Counted from the whole stretch's first letter, positions 23,309 to 36,300 are shown. The stretch is DNA of 63,690 nt, filler included, from Lenisia limosa (GCA_001655205.1; 19 parts of 19 records of this genome joined end to end with filler, not necessarily neighbours in it), one strand, 5' to 3'. Made by a program: numbers and translations. The notes: generated by a model from the letters alone, not told the origin.

Positions 23309-25128
23309 CCCCTGTAGCCACTGGTGTAGTACCAAATGATGGAGACACCCACTGTGACGTCACTTCTCTTAACAACGAGTTCAAATTGCAGTTTAGCTCT
23401 GGTAGGCCTCCATCCATCATTACGTTTCATCTTATGTACAATATATCATCATCCATCATCATAATTAGCATCATATTAAGTTTGCTGCGGGTCCAAAACA
23501 ACTACTCATAATGCTATCATTTTGACATGATTATCGTTTATATATAATAGCGTGGTAATATCATAGATTTCACATAATTATCTTTTATTCCCAACCATTC
23601 TAATCTTAATTCATATTTATCATCTTAATTCCCAACCATTCTAATCTTAATTCATATTTATCATCTTAATTCCTAACCATACAGAGGGAAGTATTGTAGG
23701 CGTTCGCTCTCTTAATGATGGTGTCAATCTGGCAGAATGTGCTGCTACGTGGGGGGGGGGCATTTTACTTAGGTTTCCGTATGTTTCATTATAGTATGTT
23801 ACTAATCCGCACCTCTCGCAATGATAATAACGAGACTATTGTTTATCATAATAGTATCCATATCCTTGGATCACCATCATACTATATATTTGCGGCCCTT
23901 TGCCCATCTTAAAAGCAGGATACACTCTCATGCAATGGCTCAGATTGTAACTTGAGCCAGTCTTCCAGTAGTAAGAATAGTATAGCATTAGCATTAATGA
24001 ATCAAGACATTGATAAGGAAGCTGTTTGTTTATTATGGTGAATTGGTTCCTATCGCAGTAAGTACCTCAGTGAATTTAGTGAAGCTTAGCCAGGTGGTTG
24101 GATGAATCCGAGTCATTCCATGAAAGTGTATCCTGCTTTAATACCAATATCTGCGGCCCTTTGATCATAATTGTGGTATCTGTGGCCATTTGATCATCTT
24201 AATACCCTTTTGCAATTCACCCTGTTTAGGATGCACTCAGGTTTCCTGGTCATCGATCTCAATGGCGACGGTGGGCTTCTGTTTCATAATTGTTTATGAG
24301 TCTGTTGAAGTTAATTCATGTGTTATTTATCCCTTTGACAACGTATATCATAACATCCCCTAACAAGGCACAATACCATCCCTTAATAAGACATCCCTTT
24401 ATTATCGAGGCTATGTCATTAACAATGTGGTATTTCATATCATCCCTTCAGTCAAAACAAATTATCATCGTATCGGGTCTTCAGCATCACAGGAAGGCGA
24501 AAACGTCCGTGTCACTGGTAAGCCGTCAGTTGAATATCACTTTCGTTTTGCATCAGGTTTCAGTGATTGGTTACATGTCTTATGATATTTTCTTGATTTA
24601 TGTTGTAAACGTGCACTTATTTATCCCATAAATTCTTAGAACTACATGCCACTTGCTTCTTTAGGTACTTATTAGGTAATAAGTGCCTAAAGACGGTGGG
24701 GGTTATAAGAATGATGTAAGAGCAGAGAGTACGTAGTATCATAGCAGTAAGGTTCAAAGGAATGTTTTAGGAGGAGCACTTATTACCTTTCCAGTAGAGG
24801 TCATAAGAGTGAACAGAGAGTACGCGCAAGATCATTATTTTTATCATTACTTTAAGTTAACACGTGATTGAGGATGTAGTTGAGTTTTTGGCTCTCTTGT
24901 CTTCTTATTGAACCATATCCATGCTAAATATATAATATATCATATAATATATCATATGATATAATGTACTAGTTACTTAAATCGCTTTCTTCTTGCACTC
25001 TCCTTAATTGGCACTTACCAGATTTGACGATTACCTTTATAGGCACTTACTTGGATCTGACAATAAACGTTCTCATCACCCCCGCTGAACAAGGCGTCAA
25101 GTGGGTCCCTTTCGTGGTACTGATACTA
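23309..25128 (+). CDS. Hypothetical extracellular-type protein exons
   Basis: Small AG/GT exons ATGVVPNDGDTHCDVTSLNNEFKLQFSS, EGSIVGVRSLNDGVNLAECAAT, DTLSCNGSDCNLSQSS, FLVIDLNGDGGLLFHN, SQEGENVRVT and TINVLITPAEQGVKWVPFV. Confidence 0.45.
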
Positions 25129-25901
25129 TATGATATGATATACATGTACAGATGGTCTTAAATACTAAAATGGTATGATGGATAAAACGTGATTTAATAT
25201 TATGGTCTTAGAGATCAAAAGGTTACAGCTGTAGATATGGGTATTGTAATCCATATAGGTGGGGGGACATGACCGTGTCCACTTTTTAAAAAATTCTGGC
25301 CCGCGGCCCGGGTTNNNNNNNNNNNNNNNNNNNNNNNNNNNNNNNNNNNNNNNNNNNNTTAATTAATTAANNNNNNNNNNNNNNNNNNNNNNNNNNNNNN
25401 NNNNNNNNNNNNNNGAAATGCAATTAAAAACGCACAGTATCATTTGTTAATAAGTGTGAAAAATGCAGCAAGGTCAACAGAATCTGGTGATGTGGCATAA
25501 CCGGCATCAAAACTAACACTCAGGACAAAACAAAAAAAATGAAAAAGTAAACGAGTCAACAGAACGAGATATTGACATCAATAAACTAGATCATATGATG
25601 AATCCTTGAGCCAAAAAGGCACCCAGTCTTCAACACCGGAAATCAAAAAGAGATACACGTGGGGGGGGGGGGTNNNNNNNNNNNNNNNNNNNNNNNNNNN
25701 NNNNNNNNNNNNNNNNNNNNNNNNNNNNNNNNNNNNNNNNNNNNNNNNNNNNNNNNNNNNNNNNNNNNNNNNNNNNNNNNNNNNNNNNNNNNNNNNNNNN
25801 NNNNNNNNNNNNNNNNNNNNNNNNNNNNNNNNNNNNNNNNNNNNNNNNNNNNNNNNNNNNNNNNNNNNNNNNNNNNNNNNNNNNNNNNNNNNNNNNNNNN
25901 N

Positions 25902-26418
25902 AGTCAGCAAAATCCTGTGTGAAGTCCCCAGTGAAGTCTTCTATCTCTGCAATGAAGTGTTCCTTTGTCGTGCCATTCTCCAGGAGAACTGCAGCGTATT
26001 CTACAGCACGGTGAATATTGTATGTTAATATTAGGGCCTCTCTTTTCGCGTGTAGTGTGGAAAGAAAATAAACTCAAGAATAAACAAGATTTTAACTGTA
26101 CAAGATATTTTAAGAACAAAACAATAAGCACAAGCTTGACTCTCAAGGTTGGAACGTTGTATGTAAGTATGGGATGAACATATTGAAACCTGTAAAGCAA
26201 AGTTCTTCAAACAACTAAAGATAAAAACCTTGAAGCAGAACTTCCAAAATAGTTCCATTAGAACTGTCAGCTGAGAACGAGGGAAAGTAACTGTGAGCGC
26301 TAAACTCGCGGCAATGGAAGTAATAAATTGATTTGAACATACCAATTAAGGTTTCATCTTCGATGGGTCCATAGGTTTGAAGACGAGCTTTAATGTCGGC
26401 GTCAACAGAGGCTCTGAG
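25902..26418 (-). CDS. N-terminal PWI-like domain protein (Nab2/ZC3H14-like), partial
   Basis: ASVDADIKARLQTYGPIEDETLI followed by EYAAVLLENGTTKEHFIAEIEDFTGDFTQDFAD fits the PWI-like pattern IK.KL..LG...DE.L.EYI.V.+.N. Confidence 0.5.
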
Positions 26419-26954
26419 CGATCAGTTTCAGCATTTCTGCAATAAATCTATTCAAAAAGGGTCCAGTTTTGTGCACTACGAAGATTTTGAACCCACCTAT
26501 TCTCTGAAACAAATTTTTCCATTGTTCCTGTTTAAAAATATGTATTATATTAACCAATTAAAGCAAAATTGCTGAAAAAGGCTGTAAAAAGGACTGAAAA
26601 AATAAAAACAAACTGTCTTTATAGTCCATCTTATTCCGTAAATAATTTGACTTATTAGATCTATTTTAAATTTCAATGATTAATTTATTACAGTATTAAT
26701 AAAATATATACATAGTTAATAATAATGTTTTTTATTTTGTAACATTAAATAAATACGCCTTCAAAGCAATTTTCAATTTGGTATCATGAAGGTGGGTGAC
26801 CCGCGTTAGCCCGGGCACTAGTATTAATGAAAAATTCACTCAATTTTTTTGTTAGGTGGTATAATGACAATAAGCAGTAGGCTATTAGCTTTAGTCATAC
26901 TCATTGTGAATATTTGGGCTGGGTCAGCTCAAAAATATACTGTCAAACAGGCGC

Positions 26955-29628
26955 CAGTGTCCATTCTTTGGGTTTGCGGGCAATACAGTTCGCCTCTCTT
27001 CCCTTCAGCTTGTTAATTACTCTGATAATGAATGCTCGGATATGATATACCGGATCCGTCCGTTATGAATTACTCCAGTTGTGCATTGACCACCCGTAGG
27101 ATGTTGAAGCTCACGCAACAGATCTCTGGGATACCAATAAAGTAAGAGGCACAAGATGCGGATATAATGGACTTGTTTTTTTGGAGTTAAGCAATGAATG
27201 TAGATGAAATTTTGTTGTATTTTTAACTATTCTGTATTCGATGACACATATGATATGATATAAAAATCATATGTATATCACCGAAATATGCCGAAATATG
27301 TGGCTTGAATAAATATGTATTCGGTTAAGTGCAAAATAAGTATCATGACGCTGAACTATTTCTTCCCTGAGGAATACCACAATAAAAAGGACAACTTCCA
27401 CTCAAGAAAGACGACAATATCCCAAAAAATATTTCAGAACGCCCCTATTTGCCTATTTGACCCGCCACCCCCAGCAAGAAGCAATAGATCAGTGGGTTGA
27501 ATTTGCGCATACAGCTGCAAACTCCACCAAGCGTTTGTGTGGTACTTTAACCTGTAACTTCCTGGGGGTGGTCCTATTCTCTTTCAAATGATTTGTTGGA
27601 AATGATAATGGACCCTATTAACAGACAAGCAGTGAAGTTCCTCATCAGTAGTTGTGGTATTTGGACCGACAATAAATCAGATGATACCATAGTTTTATTT
27701 ATTTTATTAATAATGCAATCTTCCCTCTGACAATTTAGTTGAGTTGGAAATATCTGACCAACACAGATCACGGTATCCGAAACGTTTTGACCGTCCCCTT
27801 CTGGCTGTACAAGCATAACGCCACTTATGACGGAAAAGTCAAGTTGGTTTGGCTACACAAACATCGCTTCACAAAAATATAAATATAACATTTCCAATAT
27901 TTATCGACAGTTCAGACTTTTTCTTGAAACACGTAGGTACGAGCTGACATATCCAAAATATTTGTTTCAATCCTTTACTCAAATAAGGTAGCACCTCACC
28001 CTCCAGGGACATGCTGACGTGGGCTCTTGAGACTTCAGATGAGGTTGGTTGACACTGTGAATAGAGCTTCATTTTTGTTCCAAATATTCAGCTGAATATT
28101 GACTACAATCCAATACCTCTTATAAGCTTGATGGTTTGGACGGATTTGACAAGATACAATCTTGTTTTATTCCTCATCTCTATATCATACGAAAAATGTG
28201 TGGGGTATCCCATTCCCACCTTTAACTCTGTCGCTATCCTTGTTCCCCTTATGATAGTCAATGATTTTCTTCCATTAACGCTCCAGGTTGTTGTAATGTC
28301 GTATAGACCCACGGCCGCGGGTGTTTTGAGTGTGGCAGAGGTGGGAAGGTGATTGGTTGACCTACTGATGTTGTGAAATCTTAGCTCATTAAAATCAGTT
28401 TTATTGCTCCCTTCTACTAAAAAAAAATAGAAAACTCTGGATGCTGCTGATGCTGCTGGTAAACAGGTCTGAATGGGGTTGATATTGATAAGGAGCGGGA
28501 TTGAAGTGAGTAGGTGCCGCACTCCAGTTACAGGCTTTACATGTTCGGCTTGATACAGCCCATGAATCAAGGCTGCAGCTACTATTAATATATGATGAAC
28601 GGAATATTCAAATCTTGAATTCTTTTGACCGGAGTTGCAGTCTCTTTTGAACAACAATACCTTAATTTTGAGATATATTTTCTTTCGTTCAAGTGGGAAG
28701 TAATCGTGTGTTTTGATTCCTGATAGTATGTCGTCAGGCTGGTTACATTTTAGGTCACATTAGCTGTGGAGTCTTCATCTGACGACGCTGCCATCACCAT
28801 TAAAGGTTAGCATTGCAACAAAAATGATTTATTATTTTTACTAGAGGTTTAATGGCGTCCTTTTCACCCAGAATATTCCTAACATACCCAGGCATGGAAG
28901 CAACGGCCGCTAATAAGCTGATCAATGACGTGGCCGTTTGGGGGGGGGGGGATAATACCACTAATATCGCAACATTACTACGTTAATATTATGGTTGGGG
29001 GTTTTTAAGTTTTATCAATCCTCATCTTTGCCCCCCCCTCCCCCAGGCATTCTTCTTTACCTTTTCAGATTGGTGCCGCAACACACAAGAGCTTCAGAGC
29101 AGTGTGTGTTCATGACCTCCGAGGGGCCTACGCTTTATTGGACTCTTTGGAGGCGAGTGTTGATCCTGGATGTGTTTGTGGGATTCTGTTGTGTGTCAAA
29201 AGGGTATGTGCATGCCATTGATTTGGGTTGACATTCGTATTATGATGCATTCATTTCACCTTTTCTTCCTTCTTCTGCACATTTATCTTCTCTCCTTCAT
29301 CACGAACACATTTAGCCAGTTTCCACCTATTCCTGGATGTCTGCTGCTATGATTGACCCTACTGACTCGTGGGTCACCATTATAGCTTCACTTCGGCTCC
29401 AATATAGGCGGAAATATCGATTAATCCTCCAGAAATATCGATAATATGCTAGTATGTCATATCGTATACTACTACTACTATATGTTATATGATAGAGTAT
29501 ATGATATAATTATGAGAATTGTTATACTTGAGAAGGCAACTTTTGAAAGCGTGTACTTCTCAGTTTCACGCCCTCAGGGACCACATTAACTGGATGAAGT
29601 TCATGAAAGTGAGAAGGGTTGTAGTCAT
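26955..29628 (+). CDS. One or two hypothetical multi-exon proteins
   Basis: Exons DVEAHATDLWDTNK, QEAIDQWVEFAHTAANSTKRLC, KYLTNTDHGIRNVLTVPFWLYKHNATYDGKVKL, DMLTWALETSDE, VVVMSYRPTAAGVLSVAE, DWCRNTQELQSSVCVHDLRGAYALLDSLE (possible GC donor) and FHALRDHINWMKFMK. Confidence 0.45.
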
Positions 29629-30104
29629 GATCTCCGAAAATTGGAATATTTTATCCTGTGCTCACACATATTTGCTTCGTGAATTCTGTTTATTTTTTGA
29701 TGCTTTGTTTCGAGTTTTACCTTATGTGACAGTCCCTTTGCAATAAATTCTCTTCATGCCAATTTCCTTCACCCCCACTCACCTCGGGGGTTTGTTTTTG
29801 TGATATTTCNNNNNNNNNNNNNNNNNNNNNNNNNNNNNNNNNNNNNNNNNNNNTTAATTAATTAANNNNNNNNNNNNNNNNNNNNNNNNNNNNNNNNNNN
29901 NNNNNNNNNCAAACAACAAAAAATAAACAAGCAATAACAAACACTAGCAACCAACGCTGGGGGGGGGGGTGATTCAATCATGTCACTTGGAGGAAAATTA
30001 TTATTCATAAGTGTGAAAATGAACCAAAAGTGATTTGTCGCCATGTTATTTGTTTACTATATCCCCATGTATTATTTGGTTCCCTAAATTTTATTGAATT
30101 AATT

Positions 30105-30472
30105 ATTCCTACATCATATTTTGGAGGTCCAATTTGGCTGTCGCTTCCACCTCGGTGAGGAATTCGCGGGAAAATCGGAGTTCGGGGAGTTTATGAGCGA
30201 CAGTCACCGCATGGGTGATCTGACGATCAAGCTGGTCAACCTAAACTTGGGTAAAACAAAGGAAATTTGGACGAATATTGGAGTAAAGGTACTAACCACG
30301 AACTGATCAATCCGAATGAATGTATCACTATATTATATTATATCATATATAGATGGTATGTCTTACATGTATTACCCCCCATACCATTTCCCTGGCCATA
30401 TCGACCTCACCGCGTTCATACAGGTCCAAAATAACGTTGATTGCTGGCAGAAAGTTACAACACCTGGGATGT
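30105..30472 (-). CDS. Two exons of an unknown protein
   Basis: CCNFLPAINVILDLYERGEVDMAREM and VDQLDRQITHAVTVAHKLPELRFSREFLTEVEATAKLDLQNMM with canonical boundaries. Confidence 0.45.
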
Positions 30473-31573
30473 CAGCATTATTCACATGATATGTGTATAA
30501 ACGGCACATGCATGTATATATCAATGAGAAATAAAAAAACAAGGTAATATCTGGCAGGAGCCACATGTAAACTATAGCTAGATATAATATATATAAAGCT
30601 CAAAAGATAAATTGGGTGAATATGTAATGCTCATGTATATGAGCTAAGTATATGTACGTATAGAGACCGTGATTGGTCTTGACAAATTTTCCTTTAGATC
30701 ACTTGGGCTTCCTCAGGTCTCAAAAAGACAATTTCTCCACAAGTCCTCCATAAATATCTATATTTTACTTGTATTTCTCGGACTGTACAGAAGACCCAGG
30801 TAATAGGAAATCGGAAAAAGGCTTACTATAGCTCATAAAAAGCTCATATGTATGTACACATAAAAAGATCATATGTACACCCAAAATATGTACACCTAAA
30901 AAGCTCATGTATTGAACTTGGTACAATCATAAAGCTCATTTGTAGGCATACATAGGGATGAAAAAATAAAAAAAAGTTGTGTCATACTTGTCAGTTGTGC
31001 AATATCCCCAAAAACATCAAAATTTAAACGAACTACGAAAAAGCCCCAAATCTCCTCTCATCATACGACATTTATTCAAAAAGATTCATCGCCCCACAGA
31101 CTCTCTCAACTCCTCCGCTATAGTTTTTTCTGTGACTTCTTGCTGCATTTCAAACCCAAAGGATAAGATGTTCACGAGTTTCCTGCTTTGTCAAACTTCG
31201 ACAATAAAAATTTGTTTGCCTCGTTCTGGCTGTCAAAATACAAAGCCGTTCGTTACGGCGGTTTATAAATGCAAACACACTTATGAGTGAGCAGATCGTT
31301 GTGACTTTGAAGTTCTTTGACGTTTATCGATTATTGAACGTATCTCTCTTACAGAAATTGTTTTAAAAGCGGAAAAGGCTGAGGGATACAAAACACAAAA
31401 CCTGACAAAACTGTAAAGGAAACACTAGAAATCCCGTGCCGTTACCCCGAAGTATATAAGCTGACCTTTTTCTGGAGCAAAATAGTTTGATTTTGCAAAT
31501 TCACATTCTGTACGTCTATATTAAGTATTTAAACTCAAAGTAACCAACTCATTGCCACTGAATCGTTTCGACC

Positions 31574-32007
31574 ATGTCTTCCTACACTCGTACAACCTTC
31601 ATTCCAGTCACTGAGGACCTTCCTCAGTCTCCTTTAGTTGGGCCTTGGGTTCAGGAGTCCGAGAATGATCGGTTTGTTGTTTCTCCAGTTTTAATCTTTT
31701 CAGTCCCCACACTGTTTTCGTTCATGGACCCCAACTGACCTCCACTGAAGTCTTTATTGGTGCCCTCCATCCATCTGGAGCTCTCTTTGAAAAGGGAATC
31801 AATCAGATCGAATCTTGCGAACATCACTTAAACCTTGTTACCTCTCTGGAGAAGGCTGGTGTTGCTGTCCATCGTGTAGGCCAACTTTCAGAGAGTGTAG
31901 GCGTTGTTAACGTATATAGGTGAGAGATGTTCTCGCTAATATTCCCCACAAAGAGCTCTTGAACTTCGCTATGGACTTCCTCACCTACTCTTTCGACGGT
32001 GGAGATG
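31574..32007 (+). CDS. Arginine deiminase, eukaryotic (Giardia-like) type, 5' part
   Basis: Exons 31574-31671, 31704-31875 and 31920-~32007 (introns of 32 and 44 nt) give MSSYTRTTFIPVTEDLPQSPLVGPWVQESENDRPHTVFVHGPQLTSTEVFIGALHPSGALFEKGINQIESCEHHLNLVTSLEKAGVAVHRVRDVLANIPHKELLNFAMDFLTYSF. This parallels the Q..ENER...V.VH.P....L.P.G.L.E...H..F..L...G..V..DVL N-terminus of protist ADIs. Confidence 0.72.
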
Positions 32008-34546
32008 GTGGGCAGGGCATATTTCCTCCGTTCTTCTTCTCGCTATCTTCCCGATATTAGTTATTCCGACGATCGGGTCTTGTTACCTCTTAGCTTGGAT
32101 TCTTCTTTCATGCTGCGGAATTTTTTGCAATTATAAGGATACAGTTTTTTTTTTGGTTTGTGTTTTAACTGGGTATTCTCTTTTACCCTGTGAAATTTCC
32201 AATTCCTTTTGACAGACAACCCCCCCCCCCTCCACTCATTCAGGGAACCACTAGCTGAACTAAATGGCTGTTTACCATAAATGCTTCTTTCACTTACATT
32301 ATTATCCTGTTTGTGCCAACATTAATGTCCTGTTTGGACCAACAGTCCTTTCATGTGATATATGTCTCGATATGCATTCTTGGTTCAGTAGAAACTTTCA
32401 AATAAGATACCCCCCTTTACACCGGTGTAACTCTTTGATATTTTGATAGTAAATCAACCAAGCATGTACCAGATGAAAGTTACGGCTNNNNNNNNNNNNN
32501 NNNNNNNNNNNNNNNNNNNNNNNNNNNNNNNTTAATTAATTAANNNNNNNNNNNNNNNNNNNNNNNNNNNNNNNNNNNNNNNNNNNNAATTCATATTGTA
32601 CATGGCAATCTCATGGAATTTTATGGAAATTTGAGGAAATTTACGTAATTGCCAAATACTAAAAGAGAATCCCAAGTCGATGCGCCGTAGTGAAGAATAG
32701 GTCAAGTATTATCTCGTACTCATCTTATTAGGTCGAGTATTATGTCTGGTCATGAGTATTTAATGGTCCGACAACCTGAAGACTCCTCTCAAAAACAGCT
32801 GCAAAGTGGGGGGATGATTTTTAAGTGGAGCACCAATGGGAGAGAGAATTAACTATAAAATGAGTGCATATATTTGGCTAGAAATGCCAACTCTCATATG
32901 ATATGACATATCCCTTTGGAGTACGCAAGAAACTATTTATTGAAATTTTCCATGATATTAACTTCCTATTGAGTCTTATTACGTGTCTTTAATATGTATA
33001 TGCATATACTATATGATATATGATATATTGTATAACTAATACAGTTTTTGAGAACAAGAATATAAACATTAAAATCTAAGGGGAAAAGGCCGATTCAAAT
33101 ACATGGTAAAGTTACTAATGTACCTAGATGTCATTCCCCAAAAGCCTTCAATAAGAATGTAAGGAAGGTTCAGATTTATTTAGGGTTCCGTGCATATGCT
33201 GTATTTGAAAAATCAACTTCACAATTAGAAGTGGAACATATTTTAACGATTAGGACATATTTTAACGACTAGATCAGACATCTTTTGATTTCTAATTTTA
33301 TGAAAAGTTTCTTCAAAAAATATTTAATTGCAGATGACTATATTTGTTTAGTGAGACCGCATGCAACTTCTTTTAACTCTTCCCATCCAACCAACTTAGT
33401 GAAAATTACAATACGGAGAGAGATAGACCAAGCCCCCAAGAGGCTAGAGCGTAAGCTGGTTCAGTTTTCTTTTTCAGAAATTCATTATCCTCCCATACAT
33501 ACATTTCATCAATTCATTTGTCATTAAATCAATTTGTTTTCATATTGCTCTTTAATTTACTATCATTGTACATTGAAACAATTATTAATCACAAATTAAC
33601 CAAATTTTCATATATTATACCATGACTATAGCATTCCATATTTCATGACAACATCAATATCCATATCACTATTAACACAACGATACACATCTCTCTTAAT
33701 AATCAACATTTCATCAACAAATGGACAAGAAAATTAAAACCATATTAGTTTTCAATTTTTGTATTTGTTAATAAACAGTCCAGAAAAACATCACTAATAA
33801 ATCTGTAATCAGTTGTATCAATTATCATCAAAATTGCAGAAAAAAGCCGCCATCCGGGCAGAAGCAGAAGAGAAGAAGGCACTCCGAGGAGCTCCAGTAA
33901 TCCATTTGAATCCCTCCCTCCACCTCTTCTCCTCGTAAATGTCTGAAGCGGAATTTGTTATTGTTTTATGGTTGAAACTATGTATAATTATTTGTTTTCA
34001 AAGGTTGCGAAGTTGTCATCTAATGGACGATATTGTGAACAAAACAAGGTTAATTAAAAATGGGTTTCCCGTGTCCACCAATACCACGATTCCAATGTGA
34101 ATATGAGGTCCCAACTTTCAGAGTTCCAGTGAATCTCACCTATAGAGTTTTTTTCGACTTTTCCCCGCTCAACCTTCAACTTGCGTGGGCTTGTCTATTA
34201 GTGGGATCCCGCGATTGTACTCTGAAAAGGAATACACGGGCTCATTATTACAACCCACTCTGAAGCAACCAGAGGTTACCTTGGCGCAAACGACCGTAAC
34301 AGTACGACCTGGACAGCTTAGAGAAACCTGCCATGACTCAAGACTTCGCGCGGTCACTGCATTCTATCACAATAGGTTCCATATACCATATTACTTGCTG
34401 TTTTCATAACTCACGAGGATCTCAACACTTCACCATTCCTCGCAAAATTGTAAGCTCCCATTTAGTTCCAAGATCTGTCAAAATTTACATAAAATACATC
34501 AATTAAAAACAATATTAAAAATAGAAACATGGGGGTGCGGCAGACT

Positions 34547-36054
34547 TAGCGCATGGACTTAGCAACGAGGGAGGCCTCTTTCTTGGCCCATTTTCGGTCC
34601 TTCTTGGGACCGATCATTTCGATCATGGAGAGAATATACCACGGTTCAAGACAGGTACTGGGAAATGAGGGAGGAGTAAATGGAAAAAAACATGTTCAAA
34701 ATCAACGCTGTCGAACACAAGGGTTGAGAACAACAAACAAAGCCCAGGCCAGACGCTTGAGGGATGGGGGTAAAGACAGAATTGGAGTGTTATATATGGA
34801 GGGGGGGGGGGGTTAGACGTCATGCTATCAAAATAAAAACACCCCACGATTTATCCTCGCAACTAGGGCTTCCCTTCGGTTCGAAAAAGACCGGTAAACT
34901 ACCGATAGTTATCGAGGATTTATCGAAAAAATTTCAGTCTCGTTTTGAACCGAAGTGAAGCACTACTCCTGATAGAGTGGCCTCATAATTCATTATCCAG
35001 GGTATATTTATACATATCGCTATATTGTTTTTTTTAATATTATACTCATGATATCATATTCAATACAGAGGGACCCACGATTTATCGTCGCCACTCTTGG
35101 AAGCTTCCTGGTAGAGCGGCATTAAATCCTCATAATCCAGGGTGGTGGGATCGTCGTCAGCTGAGTAATCGCTTCCTAGCGCCTGGCGTTCCATTTCCTG
35201 GACTACCTGGAGGAGTAAAATTGGAAAATTTATGACCCCCCCCCCNNNNNNNNNNNNNNNNNNNNNNNNNNNNNNNNNNNNNNNNNNNNNNNNNNNNNNN
35301 NNNNNNNNNNNNNNNNNNNNNNNNNNNNNNNNNNNNNNNNNNNNNTTGCGGAGGGGGGGGGGATTGACAGGTAGAAAATGGTGACGTTCAATGATTCAAG
35401 GAATATTACGTACTCATACCCACTCTGCCCCTCAGGATTATTATGACCTCAGGATTACTATGATGTCAGGATTATTATGATTCAGAATTATTATAACTAA
35501 GAAATCCCTCCCGTGCATACTACGTCGTAATACGTTTTGAGCAACTCGTCAAATACGGGGCTTCTGTTGGTAATGTATGACTTTGGGAGGCCTAGGGGGG
35601 GGGGGGGTAAANNNNNNNNNNNNNNNNNNNNNNNNNNNNNNNNNNNNNNNNNNNNNNNNNNNNNNNNNNNNNNNNNNNNNNNNNNNNNNNNNNNNNNNNN
35701 NNNNNNNNNNNNTGGTGATGTAATACTTTGGGAGGACTTGAAGTTGGCCTGGAATAACATTTTGGATCATTTGCACACGTGTTAACTATCATATCACTTT
35801 TTGGATCCTTTGCCCCTCCTATACAAAAAACAAGAAAAAAAAAACAATACACATAGAAATGAGAAATAAAAGAAGGTTTTATCTGGCTGAAGCCGTTCAC
35901 AGTTATAAGAGATCTTGGGTTAGAGCAATATAATAATTCACCCAATCATTTGCCTTACAGCTAATATGGTACCCTCCACCCACCATCACCATCAGCAACA
36001 AGGAAGTTGGCTATGATGTCTACGGCTTTTTTGAGGGATAGGAACTGTCTCCTG
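34547..36054 (-). CDS. 3' part of a hypothetical multi-exon protein
   Basis: Exons DRRQFLSLKKAVDIIANFLVADGD, LPKSYITNRSPVFDELLKTYYDVVC, VVQEMERQALGSDYSADDDPTTLDYEDLMPLYQEASKSGDDKS and terminal TCLEPWYILSMIEMIGPKKDRKWAKKEASLVAKSMR*. Confidence 0.55.
34658..34770 (-). repeat. Family D block at an intron 3' end
   Basis: CAAGCGTCTGGCCTGGGCTTTGTTTGTTGTTCTCAACCCTTGTGTTCGACAGCGTTGATTTT..TTCCATTTACTCCTCC..CCCAG. Confidence 0.75.
34864..34965. mobile_element. Family A MITE inserted into a decayed exon copy
   Basis: TAGGGCTTCCCTTCGGTTCGAAAAAGAC..TTTTGAACCGAAGTGAAGCACTA. Confidence 0.85.
35853..35959 (-). repeat. Family C copy
   Basis: Reverse complement of the family C consensus. Other minus copies at ~6825, 7549, 9573, 10750, 11335, 15905, 30520, 44797, 50594, 51881 and 62341. 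Confidence 0.8.
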
Positions 36055-36300
36055 TCTAAGGGCTTGGGCGGCTAGGCAAAATATGAGGGAAATTACTTGG
36101 GAAGAGGGTGGGTGGATTACAAGAATATGTTCGTTCTCTTGAAAAGATAACATGCCCNNNNNNNNNNNNNNNNNNNNNNNNNNNNNNNNNNNNNNNNNNN
36201 NTTAATTAATTAANNNNNNNNNNNNNNNNNNNNNNNNNNNNNNNNNNNNNNNNNNNNTAATAATAATAATAAAAAAAGAGATTTTTTGCCCTACAGTTGT

